Assembly: GCA_963827685.1 (NCBI GenBank)
Contig: CAWHBU010000004.1
Coordinates: forward strand, 736,001-800,000
DNA: 64,000 nucleotides
Direction of reading: 5' to 3'
Origin: an uncultured delta proteobacterium
GTDB lineage: Bacteria > Desulfobacterota > BSN033 > UBA1163
The notes under the pieces are model-generated. The model did no database searches. It was not told the origin of the DNA and saw only the letters and a program-made list of their open reading frames with translations. This document shows positions 59,102 through 64,000 of the stretch, piece by piece. The position numbers were made by a program, and so were the translations under genes. Every line of letters starts with the position of its first letter. Position 1 is the stretch's first letter.

Positions 59102-60034
59102 ATGCCATTAAGATTATTTGCGACACAACTCGCAGCAAAGGTTGAGACCACGGAAGGGACGAAGGAGACGCTGGCGGCTGCCGATGCCGTCCTGGTTTCA
59201 AACATCAAGTTCAGCCCCGATATTGAAATGGCCGCGCGGGATTGTTTGAGGGGCACACTGTCGCGCGATCCGAGTATATCGGGGAAACAAAAGGCCACGA
59301 TCTCATTCGATGTCGAGATGAAAGGCTCTGGTACTGCGGGCACCGCGCCCGATTATGGGAAACTGCTCAAAGGTTGCGGCTATTCGGAGACAATCGTGGC
59401 ATCGACGTCCGTGACATATAAACCTGCCACGAACAGTCTCTCCAACTCGTTCACCCTTGCCATCTATATGGACGGCGTGATCGTGCGGATCTGGGGCGCC
59501 CGGGGAAACGTGAAGGGATCGATGAATTCGGGAAAGCCGGGGATTCTCTCATTTGAGTTCCAAGGAGCAGTCTTCGAAGTGGTCGATGGAGCTCTCCTTA
59601 CGGGAACCTCATATCCCACGACCATTCCTCCGGCCTTTCTAAATGCGTCGCTTCTGCTCGATGCTTATGCGGCGATCTGCAGCAAGGTTGATTTCGACAC
59701 GGCCAACGTCCTGGGTCTCAGAGAGAGCATCAATTCGCCATCGGGTTTTCTCTCATGCCTCATCACCGGCCGAAACCCGAAGGGGTCACTCGATCCGGAG
59801 ATTCCGCTGGTTGCAAGCTATGATTTCTTTGGAAAGTGGAAGACCCCTGCGACACTCGGATCTCTTTCTCTCGCAGCATCAGGATCCGCGGGAAATATCG
59901 TGACCGTAAGTTTCCCAAAGGTAAGATACGCCAAGATCGCATCGGAGGATCGAAACGGGATCCGGTCACTCGGCCTTGATTTCGAGGCGTGCTTAAGCAC
60001 CGGCGATGACGAGATCTCGATCGCACTAACATAG
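59102..60034 (+). CDS. Major tail tube protein (siphovirus type)
   Basis: LAAK.ET..G, FDVE.KGSGTAGTAP..G.LL..CG, GARG, GDDE; no sheath gene upstream. Confidence 0.85.
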   Translation: MPLRLFATQLAAKVETTEGTKETLAAADAVLVSNIKFSPDIEMAARDCLRGTLSRDPSISGKQKATISFDVEMKGSGTAGTAPDYGKLLKGCGYSETIVASTSVTYKPATNSLSNSFTLAIYMDGVIVRIWGARGNVKGSMNSGKPGILSFEFQGAVFEVVDGALLTGTSYPTTIPPAFLNASLLLDAYAAICSKVDFDTANVLGLRESINSPSGFLSCLITGRNPKGSLDPEIPLVASYDFFGKWKTPATLGSLSLAASGSAGNIVTVSFPKVRYAKIASEDRNGIRSLGLDFEACLSTGDDEISIALT

Positions 60035-60054
60035 TCTCCAAAAGAAGGAGACTT

Positions 60055-60129
60055 GATTACACAGATTAAAAGGCTCGATTACACCGATTTAAAAATCTGA
60101 GTAATCTCGGTTTTAGAATCAGTGTAATC
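60055..60129. repeat. Four-box hairpin element, copy 4
   Basis: GATTACACAGATT, GATTACACCGATT, AATCTGAGTAATC, AATCAGTGTAATC. Confidence 0.8.
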
Positions 60130-60153
60130 AGCGAAGCACAAAAGGAGGATCAC

Positions 60154-60510
60154 ATGAAAAAGATATTTCTTGCTGTTCCGATCTTGGTGCTCATGGCCAC
60201 ATTGGCATTTTCAGCTACCCTAAATATCAGGGCAACGTGGACTCCCAATACGGAAGGAGACATGGCAGGTTACAACCTTTATCGAACCGATGGGAGTAGG
60301 GTGAAAATTAACTCCGTTCTGATTCCTCACCCGCCAACGTTGCCGTATGCATTCTCAGTCACGGTTCCAGATGCCTCGAGTGGAACATTAACCTTTGTTC
60401 TTACGGCCGTGGATACATCGGGGAATGAGAGTGCGGACAGCAATACAGCAAGTTATTCATACGACTTCGTTGCCCCAGGAGCGCCTAAAGCGCTGAGGGT
60501 AACACAGTGA
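60154..60510 (+). CDS. Fibronectin type III-like protein with signal peptide
   Basis: MKK-hydrophobic-AFS; W.PNTE.D.AGY.LY, TAVD.SGNES..S, AP.AP. Confidence 0.8.
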   Translation: MKKIFLAVPILVLMATLAFSATLNIRATWTPNTEGDMAGYNLYRTDGSRVKINSVLIPHPPTLPYAFSVTVPDASSGTLTFVLTAVDTSGNESADSNTASYSYDFVAPGAPKALRVTQ

Positions 60511-60749
60511 TCACCGGCCATGAAAGGCGAATTATTAATCATTGCATTGTGATCGCACACTTGGCGGGCATGGTGAGTCAGGGAAAGGCATGGCAGAACA
60601 AGGAAAAGTGGGAAGATGAGGAAATTAGGAAAAGAGAGAAGGATCTGAAAACACGGATCGCAGCATTCCGGATAACCCACTCAATGGATCAAAAATATGG
60701 AATCGAAAAAGGCATCCCCGATCAGAAATCTTTGGCTGTTGATCGGTAG
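60507..60749 (+). CDS. Hypothetical phage protein
   Basis: GTGA coupling to the previous gene. Confidence 0.45.
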   Translation: MITGHERRIINHCIVIAHLAGMVSQGKAWQNKEKWEDEEIRKREKDLKTRIAAFRITHSMDQKYGIEKGIPDQKSLAVDR

Positions 60750-60864
60750 CGATAGTATAGTGATCGATTGGAATAAAAAAATAGAGATGTTTCCTCAAGT
60801 CAAGGGTGTACGGGGATGCAAAAGAACAGCATCAAAAGTCTACATATTTAGAACGGAATAGATA

Positions 60865-61548
60865 ATGGGAATCTTTGGCGATCAAAATCAAGAGTCTGAT
60901 CCCAGTGGCTGGGAGAATGACATAGATCTATGTCAGTTTCAATTTACCGGCATAACCGGAACCTACACCGGAAGTATCAGTGTTGATCTTGAGGCCGTGC
61001 CAGCCAGCCCTAACAACAAAATGATTGTTGGTCTATATAAAGCAACTGACCTTTCTAAAGTTGCTGTCAGTGCAGAAATGACTGGGCTTGTGACGGGTTG
61101 GCAAACGGCAAACTTGATTGGTTCATTTACATTGACAAACAATGCCTATTATTGGTTGGTTGTTTCTGCTCCAAGTGGAAATGCTGGTTATAGTGCCGCT
61201 GGTGCTATCGCAGGTCAACATGGATGGGATACAAGAGCCTACGATGGCACATTACCAGACCCAATGGTAATTGATAGCACCGAACAAAAAATATGTTCCA
61301 TCTATTGCACCTATACGGCAGCTGGTGGTGCAACCCTCGAACAGGAAGGCTTTCGGTTTCGCAACGATGACGGCAGCGAATCCGGAGCGACCTGGAAGGC
61401 TAATCAGGACGCCAATGTCACCGTGCCGAAAAATCAGAACACCCGGCTCCGGATGCTTATCAATGCGACCGGCGATCCGGCGGCCGACAGCTACCAGCTC
61501 GAGTGGCGAAAGACCAATGACCCGATCTGGAGAAAAGTGGCCATGTAA
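60865..61548 (+). CDS. Beta-rich virion/fibre-associated protein
   Basis: YYWLV beta-sandwich; C-terminal FRFRNDDGSE..ATW module. Confidence 0.7.
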   Translation: MGIFGDQNQESDPSGWENDIDLCQFQFTGITGTYTGSISVDLEAVPASPNNKMIVGLYKATDLSKVAVSAEMTGLVTGWQTANLIGSFTLTNNAYYWLVVSAPSGNAGYSAAGAIAGQHGWDTRAYDGTLPDPMVIDSTEQKICSIYCTYTAAGGATLEQEGFRFRNDDGSESGATWKANQDANVTVPKNQNTRLRMLINATGDPAADSYQLEWRKTNDPIWRKVAM

Positions 61549-61560
61549 AGCGAGGCAATT

Positions 61561-62769
61561 ATGGACTTTGTTTCTCTGGTAAACGGTTTCAGCAAAACGA
61601 TGCCGAGAGGAATGCCTCCCATCTCCGTGGCGCATCCCTGTTACGGCATTATAGGAAGCTGCCATCCGGAAAAAGGATTCGTTGCGCCGAGGCGAAGATG
61701 GGCCTCGACCAATGCAATCCTCAAGGATCATCACAGGAACGTTATCAAAGCTTTGCGGTTCGCCGAGGATCACTGCCCTAAGGCCGCTGTCGCAGGCATA
61801 ATCTCGCTGCTCGCCCGCGATCCCTTCGCTCTTCCATATGTTCTGTCCGCCATCTCGAGTTATGACGGCATTGTGAGCGCGAGGGGCAGCGGGGCGCTTC
61901 AGGATGTTTGGATGAGCATGACTGCGACCCAGACACCGGTGACCACGGTCTGGTACGACCTGATGAACTTTGCAGGGTGGCAGCCGATGACCGCTCCGTC
62001 AATCACGGCTTACGCAAATGCCGGAACGGGCGGAGCGGTGCTGGATGCGGCCTCCAACGGATCATGGCTGACGAACCCGGCCGGATCCAACAAGAAGTAC
62101 ATCGTTTCGGTCGGCCTCAATGTCACCAGCATCTCGGGTTTTTCCCTCGCTCTACTCTACGATTGCCTCTGGGCGGGGTCCTACGCCATCACCTCCAACG
62201 CCACCATCAATCCGACCACCGACGTCTCGGTGACGAGGTGGGCCTCGATGACGCCCGGGAACGCGGATTTCGCCGGCGGCAACATGATGCAGACGGTCAT
62301 CTACTCCGCCACTATTACTTTCAGCGTGGCTGCCACCATCACGATCACCTACACCAATCAGATCGGAACGACGGGAAAGATCACGGTTTGGATCACCTCA
62401 TCCTCTGGAATGGCCACGAGCAGGATCGTCGGCAATACCACTTACAACTCGGCGACGGTTCTTCCCAACACCCCGTTCATGCCTCTCACGAACGGCGGGG
62501 ATTCCGGCGTGGTGAAGCTCGAGCAGGTCGTGATTTCCGGTGGCACGGTCACGGTCGGCACGGTCTACCATAAGATCGTCCGTCCGCTGATCGTAATGCC
62601 CTTCATCGCAGCGGGTTCGTACATCGAGCAAGACGCCACGCTGAATATAGGGAACATGGTCGAGCTCCGCAATGTCTCTCAAGTCTGCGGGTGCCTCGGA
62701 TGGGACCTTTTCTCCGCCGGCACCACCGCCGCCTCGATGTCGGCTTTTTTGCGGATGGTCGAAGGATAA
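61561..62769 (+). CDS. Beta-rich putative virion protein
   Basis: Thr/Gly/Ser-rich; LLYD.LW, GDSGV; tail region. Confidence 0.7.
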   Translation: MDFVSLVNGFSKTMPRGMPPISVAHPCYGIIGSCHPEKGFVAPRRRWASTNAILKDHHRNVIKALRFAEDHCPKAAVAGIISLLARDPFALPYVLSAISSYDGIVSARGSGALQDVWMSMTATQTPVTTVWYDLMNFAGWQPMTAPSITAYANAGTGGAVLDAASNGSWLTNPAGSNKKYIVSVGLNVTSISGFSLALLYDCLWAGSYAITSNATINPTTDVSVTRWASMTPGNADFAGGNMMQTVIYSATITFSVAATITITYTNQIGTTGKITVWITSSSGMATSRIVGNTTYNSATVLPNTPFMPLTNGGDSGVVKLEQVVISGGTVTVGTVYHKIVRPLIVMPFIAAGSYIEQDATLNIGNMVELRNVSQVCGCLGWDLFSAGTTAASMSAFLRMVEG

Positions 62770-62770
62770 T

Positions 62771-64000
62771 ATGCCACGACTCTATTATGGCGACAATCGC
62801 GGATTCAGGATAAGAGGCGGACTTTTCGGAAACACGCCGCGCTCTTACGTCGAGGACTTTGTTAGACCTCCTTTCTCCGCCGCCGTCGCTCAATTCATGA
62901 GAAAGAGCTCCGCAAATAATTGGACACCCATGCCGGTAGGAATCGAGGCCGCGGCTTTTTTTCAGATGTCAGACTCAGCTTATATTTCTGACTCCGGCGA
63001 GGATACGACATACCAGTTGACGCCTCCGGGCGGCAAATCGGCGTCCGATTTTCAGGCTGGGAAGATCCGCGACAACGCAAACCCGGTCGACCTCATCGAT
63101 CTCGGCCTCGACAAATATACCGAGATCGAATTCTGCATGCAGGCGAAGGACGCCGCAGAGCAAGACTCGATCTATGAATTCAGGATCACAAAAAGCGGCA
63201 TCGTTCTCGATACCTACACCTTGACCCCCCAGTGGACGATCGGATCGGGTGGTCAACTCTATTATGGAACCGCAGTGATCACTGCCGTCGGCATCGTTCT
63301 ATCCCAAATTCAACCATCGATCACGCGGGTAACCGTGGCAACCGGCGTCGTGGCCCTCGTGAAATCCGTTCTGGAGACTATTTCGGTCACCGCGATCGGA
63401 ATCGTGGCGCTCACCAAGCAACCACGAATCGTCAGGGCATTGACCGGCACCGGCACCGTGGTTTCCTCCGCATCCAAAGTGACGATGGCCTCTGCGATTA
63501 TTGTCGCAACGGGGATCATTTCCGCGCTGATCCAGACAAGGAAAGCCATTGCTGCCGTGGCAACCGGCGTCGTGGCATTGGTTATGCAGTCGCGCATTTT
63601 GTATGCGATCGTGGCGACCGGGATCGTGGCGGTTACGAACCAAATGCGTATCACAAAAGCAACGGTGGCAACTGGCGTCCTCACTTCCAGTCAGGCGCTG
63701 GTGAAATTGGTTTCCGCCATCGTCACCGCGACCGGAATTCTATCGGCGACGCAACGAACCTTTAAGATCGCCCCGGCCATTGCCTTGGGTATCGTGAATC
63801 TCGCGATTCAGATCAGCGAGACTTTCGCCTCCGTCGCAACGGGCCTCGTCGTCTCGATCAGGAAGACGAACGTCAACAGAGCAGTGACCGCAGTCGGAAA
63901 TCTCACCTCCTCAATGCTGCGCGTGACGCTGGTGCTTGCGGCGCTGACGGCCACCGGCGTTGTCATGGCAGTCAAACAGGTAAGATATACGTTTGCATTG
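62771..64000 (+). CDS. Repetitive fibre-like protein, partial (not in the ORF track)
   Basis: Open from ATG 62771 to the window end (410 codons); 13 repeats of xA(T)G(I/V)(V/L) with an 18-20 aa period. Confidence 0.8.
   Translation, partial: MPRLYYGDNRGFRIRGGLFGNTPRSYVEDFVRPPFSAAVAQFMRKSSANNWTPMPVGIEAAAFFQMSDSAYISDSGEDTTYQLTPPGGKSASDFQAGKIRDNANPVDLIDLGLDKYTEIEFCMQAKDAAEQDSIYEFRITKSGIVLDTYTLTPQWTIGSGGQLYYGTAVITAVGIVLSQIQPSITRVTVATGVVALVKSVLETISVTAIGIVALTKQPRIVRALTGTGTVVSSASKVTMASAIIVATGIISALIQTRKAIAAVATGVVALVMQSRILYAIVATGIVAVTNQMRITKATVATGVLTSSQALVKLVSAIVTATGILSATQRTFKIAPAIALGIVNLAIQISETFASVATGLVVSIRKTNVNRAVTAVGNLTSSMLRVTLVLAALTATGVVMAVKQVRYTFAL

Larger units (their letters stand above)
31900..64000 (+). 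mobile_element. Mu-like transposable prophage (left end approximate; continues beyond the window)
   Basis: Gene order: c repressor, ner, MuA, MuB, gam, gemA, lysis, TerS/TerL, portal, MuF, capsid, neck, tail tube. Confidence 0.93.

Noticed and set aside
47848-60129. Repeats as a CRISPR array
   Set aside because: Copies are kilobases apart or are tandem microsatellites; no repeat-spacer periodicity and no cas genes
1-64000. Genome-wide UGA reassignment (code 4/25) explaining the in-frame TGAs
   Set aside because: Many genes end at TGA with ATGA-coupled neighbours (folC, ugd, lpxL, MuA, MuB); only two TGAs fall at conserved Cys-type positions
60000-64000. Diversity-generating retroelement or invertible tail-fibre cassette
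   Set aside because: No reverse transcriptase, TR/VR pair or invertase seen in this window
1-64000. tRNA or rRNA genes, including selC
   Set aside because: No cloverleaf or rRNA-like sequence recognised by eye; tRNAscan-SE would be needed to exclude them

Overview
The window has three zones. (1) About 1-9.7 kb is an accessory patchwork: tyrosine recombinase, GNAT, frameshifted C45/Ntn hydrolase, intact IS3, a SnoaL gene followed by an attC-like site, an RRM protein, an orphan BglII-like nuclease and IS remnants. (2) About 9.7-31.8 kb is housekeeping DNA of a Gram-negative bacterium, probably Desulfobacterota/'Deltaproteobacteria' (inference): hisI-hisG, rlmD, accD-folC-lptD-rmlACBD-ugd-lpxH-gmhB-lpxL, a rhodanese-like selenoprotein gene split by an IS256, and a DGQHR protein. 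(3) From about 31.9 kb to the window end is a Mu-like transposable prophage: repressor/ner, MuA, MuB, Gam, GemA, lysis, TerS/TerL, portal, MuF, fused protease-capsid gene, neck, sheathless tail tube and fibre-like genes. Best candidate for something new: the prophage MuF/gp30 gene has a TGA exactly where the last Cys of the family's NCxC motif is expected (INCG-TGA-RSVPYMSSWA). It is followed by a hairpin whose loop GU lies 23-24 nt after the UGA, the same geometry as the putative SECIS of the host rhodanese selenoprotein in this window. This makes it a candidate phage-encoded selenoprotein in the virion morphogenesis module; a simple nonsense mutation is not excluded. Host and prophage also share several families of palindromic short-repeat elements. 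All family assignments come from motif recognition, not database searches.
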